From positions 608,001-672,000 of the forward strand of contig CAXXVO010000007.1 of NCBI GenBank assembly GCA_963422645.2: a stretch of DNA of 64,000 nucleotides, in the 5' to 3' direction. The stretch comes from Alphaproteobacteria bacterium. Lineage in GTDB: Bacteria; Pseudomonadota; Alphaproteobacteria; UBA828. The notes under the pieces were generated by a model. It had not been told where the DNA came from. It made no database searches and was given only the letters and a program-made list of their open reading frames with translations. Positions 41,647-52,982 of the stretch are shown piece by piece (within the stretch, counting starts at the first letter, position 1; every line of letters begins with the position of its first letter). The translations under genes and the position numbers were made by a program.

Positions 41647-41754
41647 GGGAACGGTTGCCAAGCGACCCGGCATCCGGCTGCGGGCCTCCCCTGAGGTCAT
41701 GAGAGTGCGACCGCGTTCGGCTCTCGTCAGCGGATGGCCAACGAGGGATGACAC

Positions 41755-44358
41755 ATGGATTTCGACAAGTTTACCGAGCGCTCGCGCGGTTTCGTGCAGG
41801 CCGCCCAGGGCCTTGCCGCCGCGCGCGGGCACCAGCGCTTCGCGCCTGAACATCTGCTCAAGGTCCTGCTCGATGACGGAGAGGGCCTCGCTGCCAATCT
41901 CATCCGCGCCGCCGGGGGCCGGCCCGAAGAGGCGCTGGAGAAGACCGAGGCGGCGCTCGATGCGCTGCCCAGGGTCGAAGGCGACGGCGCTGGCCAGATC
42001 TACCTCGCGCCCGAGACCGCGCGGCTCTTCGATTCCGCTCTCGACATCGCGAAGAAGGCCGGCGACAGCTACGTCACCGCCGAGCGCCTGCTGCTCGCGC
42101 TTGCGCTCGCCAAGGGGACGCGCGCAGCGCGCATCCTGGCCGATGCCGGCGTCAGCCCGCAGACGCTGAACGCCGCCATCAACGACCTGCGCAAGGGGAG
42201 AACGGCAGACAGCGCCTCGGCAGAATCAGGCTACGACGCGCTCAGGAAGTACGCGCGCGACCTGACCGAGGCGGCACGTGGCGGCACGGTCGATCCGGTG
42301 ATCGGCCGGGATGAGGAAATCCGCCGCATCATGCAGGTGCTCTCGCGGCGCACGAAGAACAACCCGGTCATCATCGGCGAGCCCGGCGTCGGCAAGACGG
42401 CGATCGTCGAAGGCCTCGCTCAGCGGATCGTCAACGGCGACGTGCCCGAATCCCTGCAGGACAAGCGGCTTCTGGCTCTCGATCTCGGGGCCATGGTGGC
42501 GGGGGCAAAGTTTCGCGGCGAATTCGAAGAGCGCCTGAAGGCGGTGCTGACCGAGGTCAACGCGGCGGCCGGCGAGATCGTGATGTTCATCGACGAGCTG
42601 CACACGCTGGTCGGCGCAGGGGCTGCCGAAGGCGCGATGGATGCCTCCAACCTGCTCAAGCCCGCCCTCGCCAGGGGAGAGCTGCATTGCGTCGGCGCGA
42701 CCACCCTGGACGAATACCGCAAGCGCGTGGAGAAGGACGCGGCGCTGGCGCGGCGCTTCCAGCCCGTCTACGTGTCGGAGCCCACCGTCGAGGACACGGT
42801 ATCCATCCTGCGCGGCCTCAAGGAGAAGTACGAGGTCCATCACGGCGTCGCCATCACCGACAACGCCATCGTCGCGGCGGCCACGCTCTCCAACCGCTAC
42901 ATCACCGATCGCTTCCTGCCCGACAAGGCGATCGACCTGGTCGACGAGGCGGCGAGCAGGCTCAGGATGGAGATCGATTCCAAGCCCGAGGAGCTGGACG
43001 AGCTCGACCGGCGCATCATCCAGCTCAAGATCGAGCGGGAGGCGCTCAAGAAGGAGACGGACGAGCGCTCACGCGACCGGCTCGAAGCGCTTGGCGAAGA
43101 GCTCGCCGCGCTGGAGAAGCGCTCGGCCGACCAGACCGCGGTCTGGCTCGCCGAGAAGGAGCGGCTCTCCGGCGGGCAACGGATCAAGGAGAAGCTCGAT
43201 GGCGCCCGGAGCGCGCTCGAGGTCGCGCAGCGGAATGGGGATCTAGCGCGGGCGGGCGAGCTTGCCTACGGGGTCATTCCCGAGCTCGAACGGGAACTCG
43301 GCGCCCTGGAATCCGCCACGCACGAGCGGCTCCTCGACGAGGCGGTGAAGCCGTCCCACATCGCCGGCGTGGTCTCGCGCTGGACCGGCATCCCGGTGGA
43401 CAAGATGCTGGAGGGCGAGCGCGAGAAGCTGCTCCACATGGAGCGCTCGCTGTGTGAGCGCGTGGTTGGGCAGGAGGAGGCGGTGGTCGCCGTCAGCAAC
43501 GCCGTGCGCCGCGCCCGCGCCGGCCTGCAGGACGCGGACCGCCCGACCGGCTCGTTCCTCTTCCTCGGCCCCACCGGCGTGGGCAAGACCGAGCTGGTCA
43601 AGACGCTGGCGGCGTTCCTCTTCGACGACGAGGCGGCGATGATCCGCATCGACATGTCGGAGTACATGGAGAAGCACGCCGTCGCCCGCCTGATCGGCGC
43701 CCCGCCCGGCTATGTCGGCTACGACGAGGGCGGCACACTTGCCGAGGCGGTGCGCCGCCGCCCCTATCAGGTGATCCTCTTCGACGAGATCGAGAAGGCC
43801 CATGGCGACGTCTTCAACCTGCTGCTGCAGGTGCTGGACGACGGACGCCTCACCGATGGACACGGGCGCACGGTCGATTTCCGCAACACCGTGATCACCA
43901 TGACCTCCAACCTAGGCGGCGAGATCATGGCGGCGCAGCCGGAGGGGGAAGAATCGAGCGCGGTGCGCGAGCCGGTGATGGAGCTGATGCGGGCGCATTT
44001 TCGGCCCGAATTCCTCAACCGGCTGGACGAGATCATCCTGTTCCACCGGCTGGGCCGTGTGCACATGGGGGCCATCGTGGATATCCAGATCGGCCACCTC
44101 GCCCGCCGGCTGAGCGATCGCAAGATCACGCTGGAGCTGGACGATGCGGCGCGTGCCTGGCTCGGCGAGGCCGGCTACGACGCGGCCTACGGGGCGCGGC
44201 CGCTTAAGCGCGTCATCCAGCGCAGCCTGCAGAATCCGCTCGCCCAGCTCATCGTCGCCGGCCGGCTCGGCGACGGTGAGACGGTGCGTGTCTCGGCTGG
44301 CGCGGACGGCCTGGTCATCGACGGGCACGACAGCGGCGCGCTCGCCAGCGCGGCCTAA
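41755..44358 (+). CDS. clpB: chaperone ClpB
   Basis: Two AAA+ modules ([16 protein letters not shown]) and an M-domain; 867 aa. Confidence 0.97.
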   Translation: MDFDKFTERSRGFVQAAQGLAAARGHQRFAPEHLLKVLLDDGEGLAANLIRAAGGRPEEALEKTEAALDALPRVEGDGAGQIYLAPETARLFDSALDIAKKAGDSYVTAERLLLALALAKGTRAARILADAGVSPQTLNAAINDLRKGRTADSASAESGYDALRKYARDLTEAARGGTVDPVIGRDEEIRRIMQVLSRRTKNNPVIIGEPGVGKTAIVEGLAQRIVNGDVPESLQDKRLLALDLGAMVAGAKFRGEFEERLKAVLTEVNAAAGEIVMFIDELHTLVGAGAAEGAMDASNLLKPALARGELHCVGATTLDEYRKRVEKDAALARRFQPVYVSEPTVEDTVSILRGLKEKYEVHHGVAITDNAIVAAATLSNRYITDRFLPDKAIDLVDEAASRLRMEIDSKPEELDELDRRIIQLKIEREALKKETDERSRDRLEALGEELAALEKRSADQTAVWLAEKERLSGGQRIKEKLDGARSALEVAQRNGDLARAGELAYGVIPELERELGALESATHERLLDEAVKPSHIAGVVSRWTGIPVDKMLEGEREKLLHMERSLCERVVGQEEAVVAVSNAVRRARAGLQDADRPTGSFLFLGPTGVGKTELVKTLAAFLFDDEAAMIRIDMSEYMEKHAVARLIGAPPGYVGYDEGGTLAEAVRRRPYQVILFDEIEKAHGDVFNLLLQVLDDGRLTDGHGRTVDFRNTVITMTSNLGGEIMAAQPEGEESSAVREPVMELMRAHFRPEFLNRLDEIILFHRLGRVHMGAIVDIQIGHLARRLSDRKITLELDDAARAWLGEAGYDAAYGARPLKRVIQRSLQNPLAQLIVAGRLGDGETVRVSAGADGLVIDGHDSGALASAA

Positions 44359-44714
44359 ACCGAGTTTTCACCACGGTCGCGGCCTGTCGCGAGCCCGTCG
44401 ACGACGGTCTCGGGCTAACCCGGGATTCCGGCTGCGCTCACGGTGCGCTTCACCCGCTGCCCCGGACCATGGTGCGATGCACCGGGCGGAGCGCGTGCTT
44501 CAGGTTCGCACCACGATGGTGTGACACAAATGCCGCGGCGGAGACCATGTGCACCGGCCCAACATCGCATGACGCTCGGGTACAGGATCCGAGGCGAGGC
44601 CTCTCCGTGAACGCGACCTGGTGCGTGTTACGGCCTTTCAGGCGGGGGTGACGTGGAATGCCACTCATCCCACTTGTCCCGCTCAATCCCGGCGAATCCC
44701 GCCAAAAAATTGTC

Positions 44715-46602
44715 GTAACTGCCCAGGTTCTTGCTGTGAAAATTCTCTGGGATTCGGCACAACGCTACCCACGCGACGCCCGTGTGCTCCTCTGGGGTCG
44801 CCGGGTTTCACAGCTCACGATGCCCCTCTTGCGGACTGCGACCGGTAAGCTACCCCGATGTGGCCCGAAGTCCGCCCGCGCGACGGGCACCGATTTTCAT
44901 TCTATGGGGTGGTCCAGCACGGCGTCGACCATGATCGTTTATGAGAATGGCTCCGCTGTTGGAGAACCCGTGCCAGGTGAGCTTACGCGCACTTGACGGT
45001 GGCGATGAGCCGATCCGATGGGCTGGTCAGGGCTTCGATGATATTCCAGCCCTGCTTTCTGGCGGTGGTGATGACGCTGCGCAGGATGGCGAAGTTCTCG
45101 GCCCCCTGCGCGGACCGGAAGCCCCCGGAGATCTTCTGGCGCAGCTTCATCATCCGAAGGTCGCGCTCGGCCTCGTTGTTCGTGAACCCGACCTCGAGGT
45201 CGATCAGGAACCGGAGCACCGCGCATTTGTGGTCGCGCAGCCTCAAGGCCAGATTGTGACCGATCCTTCGCTTCCGGCGCTTCTTCCTCTTGCCAGGCGA
45301 GAACGGTGGTTGGCTCTCGTGAAAGGCCAGCGCATCGGCGATGATCTCGTCGTATCGGCGCTCGATCAGCGCCACAAGCCTCGCCGGAACGGCGATATCC
45401 TTGTCCAGCGCGATGCGGGCGGCGCGATTGGCTCGGCGCAGGAGCTGCTGCATCCGCCGGGCCCAAGCCTCCCCTTCGATGTCCACCAGCGCCTGCAACT
45501 CCCGCAGGTGATGGGCGTTGCACAGGCCGTGCTCCACCCCTTCCATCGCGAAGTACGGCTTCCAGTGATCGTGCACGACGATGCCGGAGACACCCGAGAG
45601 CAGGGCGCCGCGCTTGCCGCTGACCCGGTACGCCGCCAGCAGCGGCGTGCAGATCACATGAAGCCACTGCGTCTGACCGCCGATCCGCAAGCCGGTCTCG
45701 TCCATGTGTTTCACCCGCGCCGTGCCCGCCGCCAGGTCCTGTATGTGCAAGGCCGCGTCCCGCAGCCGCTCGGCCGCCCTCTCGCTCATCGTCGCCAACG
45801 TCGCAGCCGTCACCGGCGCGCCGAAGAGCTCGGCCATCACCTGCGACAGCCGATCCTCCGGCAGGAAGTGAGCGTGCTGAAGGTAGACCGCCACCCCGGC
45901 AATGCGCGGGCCGTACTGCACCGGCGCCGACACCCCGTCGGGGAACGCCGCCCGGGTCACCGTCCCGCAATGCCCGCAGCACTTGGCATGCGCCCGGTGC
46001 TCGGTCACCTCCAGGGGGCTCGGCTCGGGCAGATCGAACACCTGGCGGGCGACGGGCGTTCCCGCCCTGGCCGCGTCCGAAAGCGGCGAACCGCATCCCT
46101 TGCAGGAAGCCGGGACGTGATCCTTCACCCGATCCGGGTGATCGGCGCGGCGCAGCGTCTTGCCCTTGTGGCCGGGCTGGCCACCGGGCTTGCGGCCCGA
46201 TTTGCCGCGCAGGCTTCGGGTTCGCCGCTTCGAATTCGGCTTCCTCAGCCCATCGCTCGAAGGCGGCTTGCCGCTGTTGCCGCTGTTGAGGCCGAGACGG
46301 CGCTCCAACTCCTCGATGCGCTCGACGAGACGCGCGACTTGCTCTTCCAGCCGCGCGTTCTGCTGCCGAAGCCAGGCATTTTCCTCCCGAAGCCGGGCGT
46401 TCTCCTCCTCCAGGCGGGCGATCTTCTGCGCGGGCGTTTCGGGCGCTGCTCCCGTCGAAGGGCCGCGCGGCGACTCGGGATTGCTCATGTCGTTGTTGAG
46501 TCATTTCCCGAAATTCCCGTCAAGCCCTTTCCACCAACTCCGAACGAGAAACGCCTCAATCCACTGGCCCAAAATGACAAATCAGACGACCTGGGCAGTT
46601 AC
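44715..46602 (-). mobile_element. IS66 family element, copy 2 (apparently identical, same orientation)
   Basis: Same IRs and length (1888 bp); own 8-bp TSD AAATTGTC (44707-44714 and 46603-46610). Confidence 0.95.
44983..46488 (-). CDS. tnpC: IS66 transposase TnpC (copy 2)
   Basis: Protein identical to 39128-40633. Confidence 0.95.
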   Translation of the reverse strand: MSNPESPRGPSTGAAPETPAQKIARLEEENARLREENAWLRQQNARLEEQVARLVERIEELERRLGLNSGNSGKPPSSDGLRKPNSKRRTRSLRGKSGRKPGGQPGHKGKTLRRADHPDRVKDHVPASCKGCGSPLSDAARAGTPVARQVFDLPEPSPLEVTEHRAHAKCCGHCGTVTRAAFPDGVSAPVQYGPRIAGVAVYLQHAHFLPEDRLSQVMAELFGAPVTAATLATMSERAAERLRDAALHIQDLAAGTARVKHMDETGLRIGGQTQWLHVICTPLLAAYRVSGKRGALLSGVSGIVVHDHWKPYFAMEGVEHGLCNAHHLRELQALVDIEGEAWARRMQQLLRRANRAARIALDKDIAVPARLVALIERRYDEIIADALAFHESQPPFSPGKRKKRRKRRIGHNLALRLRDHKCAVLRFLIDLEVGFTNNEAERDLRMMKLRQKISGGFRSAQGAENFAILRSVITTARKQGWNIIEALTSPSDRLIATVKCA

Positions 46603-46773
46603 AAATTGTCGTACCTGTCCCGCGGGGTATTGCAGCGAAGGCGCGAGACCCCTGTTGCCGCGCACAAGCCTCCGCGGGCTGGCGCGACCATGCTTTCGCG
46701 CCCGCGATTCGTTTCCGCGCGACGCGCGGCACGCGGGCAGGGTAGAGGCCGCGACCTTGGCGGGATATCCGGG

Positions 46774-47338
46774 TCAGGGTACGGGCGGCCTCACGCCCCA
46801 GAGGGCGCTCTCGGGCACCCATCCCTCCTCGCCGGCGAGCTCGATCCGGCACCAGCCGTCCTCGCAGCCGAGCAGATCGGCGACCACCCCGGCTTCGGCC
46901 CGGAGCACTGCCGGCGAGCCGGTCAAGGGGCGTTCGCGGATGGTCTGCACCCCGTCCGTGATGACGACCGTGCGGTGGGTGGACAGCAGCGACTTGTGCA
47001 TCCAGCCCTTGGTGCCCTCATGGTCGAGCACCCAACGCCATTGATCGAATTGCGCGATCACCAGCAGCGGCAGGCCCGGGCGCGTGTAGACCCAGTCGAT
47101 GGGATAGCGCCGGCCGGGGCCGACCCGGAGGTTGGCGCGCTCCGCCTTGAGCGAGACGAAGCGCGTGCCCTCCTGGGCTTCGGCCGCAGGCGGCGCAGCC
47201 GCCCAAGCCGTGGCGACGAGAGCCGCCAGCACCGCCGAAAGAGCAACCGCGCGCACGGCCGCGAGCCCGCGTACCGCGGCGCGCGTGCCAGGCGCGAGCG
47301 GCGATGCACCGCGGCGGCGGCTTCGATAAGCGCTCATG
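46774..47338 (-). CDS. SH3 domain-containing secreted protein
   Basis: Signal peptide, RFVSLKA..ANLRVGPG..YPIDWVY, GWV..SALWGV; start uncertain. Confidence 0.87.
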
Positions 47339-47444
47339 GCGGGCACCGAAGCCCGCGCTGCGGTTTGAGTCCCCATGGGGCGTTTGCTAAACAGGCTACC
47401 GATTGCGGTCGGATCGAGCCCGACGAGCCGCGCGCGGAGGGTCG

Positions 47445-48434
47445 ATGAGGCCTGACAGAAAGCTCAAGGTGATCGTGACGCGACGTCTCCCCCGGGAGAT
47501 CGAGGCGCGCATGATGGAGCTTTTCAACACCCGACTCAATGAGGATGATCGGCCGCTCGATCGCGAGGCCTTGGCGCTCGCCATGGCCGAGGGGGATGTG
47601 CTTGTGCCGACGGTGACGGACACCATCGACGCCGACCTCATCGGCCACGCCGGCCCGGACCTCAAGCTGATCGCGAGCTTCGGTACCGGCGTCGATCACA
47701 TTGACCTCGCTGCGGTCAAGGAGCACGGCATCTTGGTGACCAACACACCGGGCGTACTGACCGAAGACACGGCGGACATGACCATGGCGCTGATCCTCGC
47801 GGTGCCGCGCCGGCTCTCCGAAGGCGAGCGGCTGCTGCGGGGCGGCGACTGGCAGGGCTGGGCGCCCACCACCATGCTGGGCCACCGGATTTGGGGCAAG
47901 CGCCTCGGCATCATCGGCATGGGGCGGATCGGACAGGCTGTCGCCCGCCGGGCGCGGGGGTTCGGCCTCTCCATCCACTACCACAACCGCAATCGCCTCG
48001 ACGATGAGACCGAGGCCGAGCTCGAGGCGACGTGGTGGCAAAGCCTGGACCAGATGCTGGCGCACATGGATTTCATTTCCATTCATTGCCCGAGCACGCC
48101 GGCGACCTATCATCTGCTCTCGGCGCGCCGCCTCGGCCTGCTGCGCCCGCAAGCCTATGTCATCAACACCTCGCGAGGCCATGCCATCGACGAGGCGGCG
48201 CTGGTGCGTCTGCTTGAGGCCGGCAAGATCGCCGGCGCCGGGCTCGACGTCTACGAGCACGAGCCGCTGGTGATGCCCAAGCTGCTCACCCTCGACAACG
48301 TGGTGGCGCTCCCCCATATCGGCTCGGCCACGATCGAGGGGCGACTCGACATGGGCGAGAAGGTGCTGATCAACATTCAGACGTTTGCCGACGGGCATAA
48401 GCCGCCCGATCGGGTCATCGATCCGGGACACTGA
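47445..48434 (+). CDS. D-glycerate/2-hydroxyacid dehydrogenase
   Basis: GIIGMGRIG, INTSRG, LDVYEHEP and PHIGSAT motifs. Confidence 0.93.
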   Translation: MRPDRKLKVIVTRRLPREIEARMMELFNTRLNEDDRPLDREALALAMAEGDVLVPTVTDTIDADLIGHAGPDLKLIASFGTGVDHIDLAAVKEHGILVTNTPGVLTEDTADMTMALILAVPRRLSEGERLLRGGDWQGWAPTTMLGHRIWGKRLGIIGMGRIGQAVARRARGFGLSIHYHNRNRLDDETEAELEATWWQSLDQMLAHMDFISIHCPSTPATYHLLSARRLGLLRPQAYVINTSRGHAIDEAALVRLLEAGKIAGAGLDVYEHEPLVMPKLLTLDNVVALPHIGSATIEGRLDMGEKVLINIQTFADGHKPPDRVIDPGH

Positions 48435-48464
48435 CCGGGGACTGAGGCGGGGGAGGACGCGGCG

Positions 48465-49217
48465 ATGCTGTTCGATGGACGCGTGGCGATCGTTACCGGC
48501 GGCGGCTCGGGCATCGGGCAGGCGACGGTGCTGGCGCTCGCCGCCGAGGGCGCGGCGGTGCTGGTCTCCGATATCGACGAGGCGGGCGGTGAGGCCGCGG
48601 CCGCGGCGGTCCGCGACGCCGGCGGCACGGCCGCCTTCTTGGCCGTGGACGTGGCCGAGGCGAAACAGGTCGAGGCCCTCGTCGACCGGGCGCTCAGCGA
48701 CTTCGGCCGGCTCGACCTCGCCTACAACAACGCCGGCATCGAGGGCCCGCAAGCGCTGCTGGCCGAGCAGGACATGGCCGCGGTTCAGCACGTCTTCTCG
48801 GTCATGATCGAAGGCGTCTACCTCTGCATGCAGGCGGAGATTCCGGCGATGCTGGAGTCGGGCGGCGGCTCCATCGTCAATGCCGGCTCTATGTGGGGGC
48901 TCGCGGCCTTCCCGCTCTGGTCGCCCTACATGACCGCGAAGCACGCGGTCTCGGGCATGACCAGGGCGGCGGCGCTCGATTACGCCAAGGACGGCATTCG
49001 GGTGAACGCGGTGGCGCCGGGGCCGATTCTGACTCCGCTGCTGCTGCGCGGCTGGGACAACGACCCCGCCAACGCTTCCGGCCGTGTGCCGATGGGCCGG
49101 ATCGGCCGGCCCGAGGAGGTCGCGGACGCGGTCGTTTGGCTGCTTTCGGACAAGGCGAGCTTCGTCACCGGCCACGTGCTGCCGGTGGACGGCGGCATGC
49201 TGGCGGAGAAGGGTTGA
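48465..49217 (+). CDS. SDR family oxidoreductase
   Basis: TGGGSGIG, NNAG and YMTAK motifs. Confidence 0.92.
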   Translation: MLFDGRVAIVTGGGSGIGQATVLALAAEGAAVLVSDIDEAGGEAAAAAVRDAGGTAAFLAVDVAEAKQVEALVDRALSDFGRLDLAYNNAGIEGPQALLAEQDMAAVQHVFSVMIEGVYLCMQAEIPAMLESGGGSIVNAGSMWGLAAFPLWSPYMTAKHAVSGMTRAAALDYAKDGIRVNAVAPGPILTPLLLRGWDNDPANASGRVPMGRIGRPEEVADAVVWLLSDKASFVTGHVLPVDGGMLAEKG

Positions 49218-49231
49218 ACCGCAGACCCTTC

Positions 49232-50689
49232 TCAATCTCGCCAGAAGCGGGGGACGAAGAGCACCAGAACCGTGAAGAGCTCGAGCCGTCCGAGCAGCAT
49301 GGCGGCCGACAGCAGCCATTTCGCCGGCTCCGGCAGGGGTTGGAAGGTACCGGAGGGGCCGATGATCTCGCCGAGGCCGGGGCCGACGTTGGCGATCGCC
49401 GTGGCCGCGCCGCTGACGCTGGTCACATAGTCGAGTCCCATGAGCGCCAGTCCCATCGCGATCAGCCCGAAGCTCACCACGAACAGGAAGAAGAACCCCA
49501 TCACCGCTGGCGATACGCCTGCCGGAATCGGCCGCCTGTTGAACTTGCTGATGAAGACGCCGTGGGGCTGGATGAGCTGGCGAATCTGCGAGAGAGACGT
49601 GGACGCCAGAACCTGAATTCGGAAGACCTTTACACCGCCCGTGGTCGAGCCGGTACAGCCGCCGATGAACATGAGGAGCGTGAACACGGGAAGCGCGAAG
49701 GTGCCCCAGGCGGAGAAGTCGGCGGTGGAGTAGCCTGTGCCGGTCAGTATCGAGATGCCGTTGAAGGCCGCCTCGCGAAACGCATCGGTCGGCGCGGCGC
49801 CGTTGGCCGCCATCAGCCAGCCCGCAAGCGAAAGCAGCGCGAACAGAACCAAGCCGAAGAACCAGCGCACCTGCGTGTCGCGCGCGAGCGCTCCCCAGCC
49901 GCCGCGCGCGGCCTGCAAGTAGAGCACGAAAGGAAGCGAGCCCAGCACCATGTAGATAGTGGCGATGCCCTCGATGGCGTCGTTGTTGAAGTGGCCGAAC
50001 GAGGAGTCCGAGGTCGAAAAACCACCGGTGGCGATGGTCGTCATCGCGTGGCACACCGCCTCGAAGGGTGTCATGCCGGCGGCCCAGTAGGCGATTCCGT
50101 TGCTGACCGTGAGCCCGAGGTAAACCATGCCGATGGCGCCGGCGAGTTGGGCCGCGCGGGGCAGCACCTTCTCGGAGCTGTCCGACGATTCGGTGTGGAA
50201 GAGCTGCATGCCACCGATCTGGAGCATCGGCAGGATCGCGATGGCCGTGACGATGATGCCGATGCCGCCGAGCCATTGCAGGAGCGCACGCCACAGCAGA
50301 ATTCCGGTCGGCGCCTGGTCGAGCCCGACGATGACCGTGGACCCGGTCGTGGTGAGCCCGGACATCGCCTCGAAATAACCGTCGGTGTAGCTCAGGTTGA
50401 GGTCCGAAAAGGCGAAGGGAAGGGCCGCGAAGGCCGCGACGACGACCCAGCTCAGGGTGGTGAGAACGAAGGCCTGACGCAATGTCAGCCGCGGCTCCCG
50501 CATCCTGTTGGAGAGCACCAGGCAGGTGCCGATGAAGAGCGTGAAGGCGCCTGCTGCGAGAAAGACCCGCCAGTGGGGATCGCCCGTCACCGCATCGGCG
50601 ATGGCGGGCAGCAACATCGCGAGCGAGAGCGTGATCAGCAGAATGCCAACCACGAAGAGAACCGGCCGGAAGTCCCTGACGGAGCCCAT
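49232..50689 (-). CDS. trkH: Trk potassium uptake membrane protein
   Basis: FEAMSGLTTTG, TGGFS, GSTTGG and GRLE motifs. Confidence 0.94.
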   Translation of the reverse strand: MGSVRDFRPVLFVVGILLITLSLAMLLPAIADAVTGDPHWRVFLAAGAFTLFIGTCLVLSNRMREPRLTLRQAFVLTTLSWVVVAAFAALPFAFSDLNLSYTDGYFEAMSGLTTTGSTVIVGLDQAPTGILLWRALLQWLGGIGIIVTAIAILPMLQIGGMQLFHTESSDSSEKVLPRAAQLAGAIGMVYLGLTVSNGIAYWAAGMTPFEAVCHAMTTIATGGFSTSDSSFGHFNNDAIEGIATIYMVLGSLPFVLYLQAARGGWGALARDTQVRWFFGLVLFALLSLAGWLMAANGAAPTDAFREAAFNGISILTGTGYSTADFSAWGTFALPVFTLLMFIGGCTGSTTGGVKVFRIQVLASTSLSQIRQLIQPHGVFISKFNRRPIPAGVSPAVMGFFFLFVVSFGLIAMGLALMGLDYVTSVSGAATAIANVGPGLGEIIGPSGTFQPLPEPAKWLLSAAMLLGRLELFTVLVLFVPRFWRD

Positions 50690-50743
50690 CGGGCGGCTCG
50701 TGAGCCTTGGCAGCTGCCCGGCGGTGCGGCCGGGCCGGGCGTT

Positions 50744-51394
50744 CTAGCGCGGTACCGAGGCCGCCGGGTTCCCGATCATGCTGAGAAACTCGCGGCGGGT
50801 CTTCGGATCCGTGCGAAATGAGCCGAGCATCCGGCTCGTCACCATGAGAACTCCCTCCTTGGACACGCCCCGGGTCGTCATGCAGTGGTGCGCCGCCTCG
50901 ACCACGACCCCGACGCCGCGCGGCTGCAAAATCGTCTCGATAGCGTCGGCGATCTCGGCGGTGAGCTTTTCCTGAATCTGCAGACGCCGGGCGTACACGT
51001 CGACCACGCGCGCGAGCTTGCTGATCCCGATCACTCGGTGGTCCGGCAAATAGCCAATGTGGGCGCGGCCGACGATCGGCGCCACATGGTGCTCGCAGTG
51101 CGAACGGAAGTCGATGTCGCGGAGAACGACCATCTCGTCGTAGCCGTTGGTCTCCTCGAAGGTGCGGCGCAAGATCGCATAGGGGTCCTGGCCATAGCCC
51201 CTGAAGTATTCCTCGTAGGCGCGCGCGACACGCTTGGGCGTATCGAGCAGCCCCTCGCGCTCAGGGTCGTCGCCGGCCCAGCGGAGCAGCACGCGCACCG
51301 CCTGCTCGGCCTCGTCCCTCGTCGGTCGCGCGACCGCGCCTTCGGTCGTGTCGTCATTGGCGCCGGCAAGCGGCGCGGGCTGGCTGTCGTCCAC
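50744..51394 (-). CDS. folE: GTP cyclohydrolase I
   Basis: [19 protein letters not shown] and HHCMTTRGV motifs. Confidence 0.95.
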   Translation of the reverse strand: MDDSQPAPLAGANDDTTEGAVARPTRDEAEQAVRVLLRWAGDDPEREGLLDTPKRVARAYEEYFRGYGQDPYAILRRTFEETNGYDEMVVLRDIDFRSHCEHHVAPIVGRAHIGYLPDHRVIGISKLARVVDVYARRLQIQEKLTAEIADAIETILQPRGVGVVVEAAHHCMTTRGVSKEGVLMVTSRMLGSFRTDPKTRREFLSMIGNPAASVPR

Positions 51395-51505
51395 AGGCAG
51401 TCTCCTTCTCCGGCCCTGGGCCGGCTGTACGGTACTACGAGAGCGCAGCGAGGCGGTCTCGGCGTCGTTCGGTCATTTGATCAGCGCGCCGGCAGCTGCA
51501 CGGCC

Positions 51506-51898
51506 TCAATTAAGCTGCACGGGCGCATCCGGCGAGTCGAGCGAGAATGCGGGAATATCCACATCGAAGCGCTCGCCGTCCAGTGTTTCCATCTCATAGG
51601 TGCCGACCATGATCCCGGTCGAGGTGTTGAGCGGGCAGCCGCTCGTGTACTCGAACGCCTCCCCAGGCCGTAGCACCGGTTGCTCGCCGACGACTCCGGG
51701 CCCGCGCACCTCCTGGATGCGGCCAAGGCCGTCGGTGATCTGCCAGTAACGGTTCAGAAGCTGCACCACGTCAGCGCCGTTGTTCTGAATTCGGATGTGA
51801 TAGGCGAACACGAATTGGCTGTCGTCGGGCTCGGACTGCTCCTCCAAATAGAACGGCTTGACCGTAATCTCAATCGCGCGCGTTTCTTTTTGGTACAT
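51506..51898 (-). CDS. apaG: ApaG protein
   Basis: [18 protein letters not shown] and FEYTSG motifs. Confidence 0.94.
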   Translation of the reverse strand: MYQKETRAIEITVKPFYLEEQSEPDDSQFVFAYHIRIQNNGADVVQLLNRYWQITDGLGRIQEVRGPGVVGEQPVLRPGEAFEYTSGCPLNTSTGIMVGTYEMETLDGERFDVDIPAFSLDSPDAPVQLN

Positions 51899-52202
51899 CC
51901 ACATCCTCCAAGACAACCGGCTGGCACTATCGGCCTCGTGCAATCGTTTGTCCAGAACAGCACCGGAGTCCGGATCACACACCTCTCTGAGGCATCAGTC
52001 ATGGCTGACTTTCGCCGATGTCAGAGAAACGCCGGCAACAACCGGATGCGACAGGAGGTGGGTTCGTGCGGCTGGATACCTCCGCCGGATACCGCCTTGC
52101 GTCGGGGCCTCCCGCGCCCGACCATGGCTGCAACGATTGCTGCCCATCGGGCCACGATGCGGCCGGGGCAGCAACGCCACTTGCAACAAGGGAGCAGGTG
52201 CC

Positions 52203-52967
52203 ATGGGACTCGCAAGACGTGACCTCCTGATCGGTCTCGCCGGGCTGCCGCTCGCGGCGGTCCTCGCCGACCGGCGGCTCGCCCGCGCCGCCGCCGCCAG
52301 CCTCGAGACCGTCACCATCACCACCGCCGGCGGCCGCCAGGTGACAGCCGCACTCGGTGTGCCCGCCGCGCTGCCGGCGTCAGCGGTGATGCTGATTCAC
52401 GAATGGTGGGGGCTGAACGATCAGATCAAGTCTGTGGCCGCCGCGCTTAGCGACGTCGGCTATCTGGCGCTCGCTATCGATCTCTACGACGGCCAGGTGA
52501 CCGACGATCCGCAGATCGCACGCGGGCTGGTCGGTGCGGTGGATGCCGAGGCTGCGACCGACACCTGCGCCTCATGGGTCAACTGGCTCCAGGGCCACGA
52601 CAATGGCACCGGCAAGGTGGGCACCGTGGGCTGGTGCTTCGGCGGCGGCTGGTCTCTCAACGCCTCACTCGCGGCGCCGGTCGATGCCACCGTCATTTAC
52701 TACGGTAACGTGAAGAAAGGGCGGAAGCGCCTCGCGGTGCTGGCCGGGCCGGTGCTAGGCCACTTCGCCACCCGCGACAATTGGATCAACCAAGCCATGG
52801 TGGAGGGCTTCGAGGCGGAGTTGGCCGCGGCCGGCAAGAACGCCGAGAACCACTGGTACGAGGCCGACCACGGCTTCGCCAACCCCACCAGCGCCCGCTA
52901 TGACGAGGAAGATGCCGCCCTCGCCTGGCAGCGGACTCTGGCCTTCTTCGAGGCCCACCTCACCTAA
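52203..52967 (+). CDS. dienelactone hydrolase family protein, Tat signal
   Basis: ARRDLL, HEWWGLN, GWCFGG and HGFANP motifs. Confidence 0.92.
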   Translation: MGLARRDLLIGLAGLPLAAVLADRRLARAAAASLETVTITTAGGRQVTAALGVPAALPASAVMLIHEWWGLNDQIKSVAAALSDVGYLALAIDLYDGQVTDDPQIARGLVGAVDAEAATDTCASWVNWLQGHDNGTGKVGTVGWCFGGGWSLNASLAAPVDATVIYYGNVKKGRKRLAVLAGPVLGHFATRDNWINQAMVEGFEAELAAAGKNAENHWYEADHGFANPTSARYDEEDAALAWQRTLAFFEAHLT

Positions 52968-52982
52968 GAGGAAGGGCGGCGG

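Noticed and set aside
38860-46602. clpB acquired on a composite transposon
   Set aside because: Each IS has its own TSD, and prmC-DUF4167-clpB is the usual native order
47334-50294. 986-aa minus-strand ORF
   Set aside because: Arg/Gly-rich shadow frame overlapping the dehydrogenase, SDR and trkH
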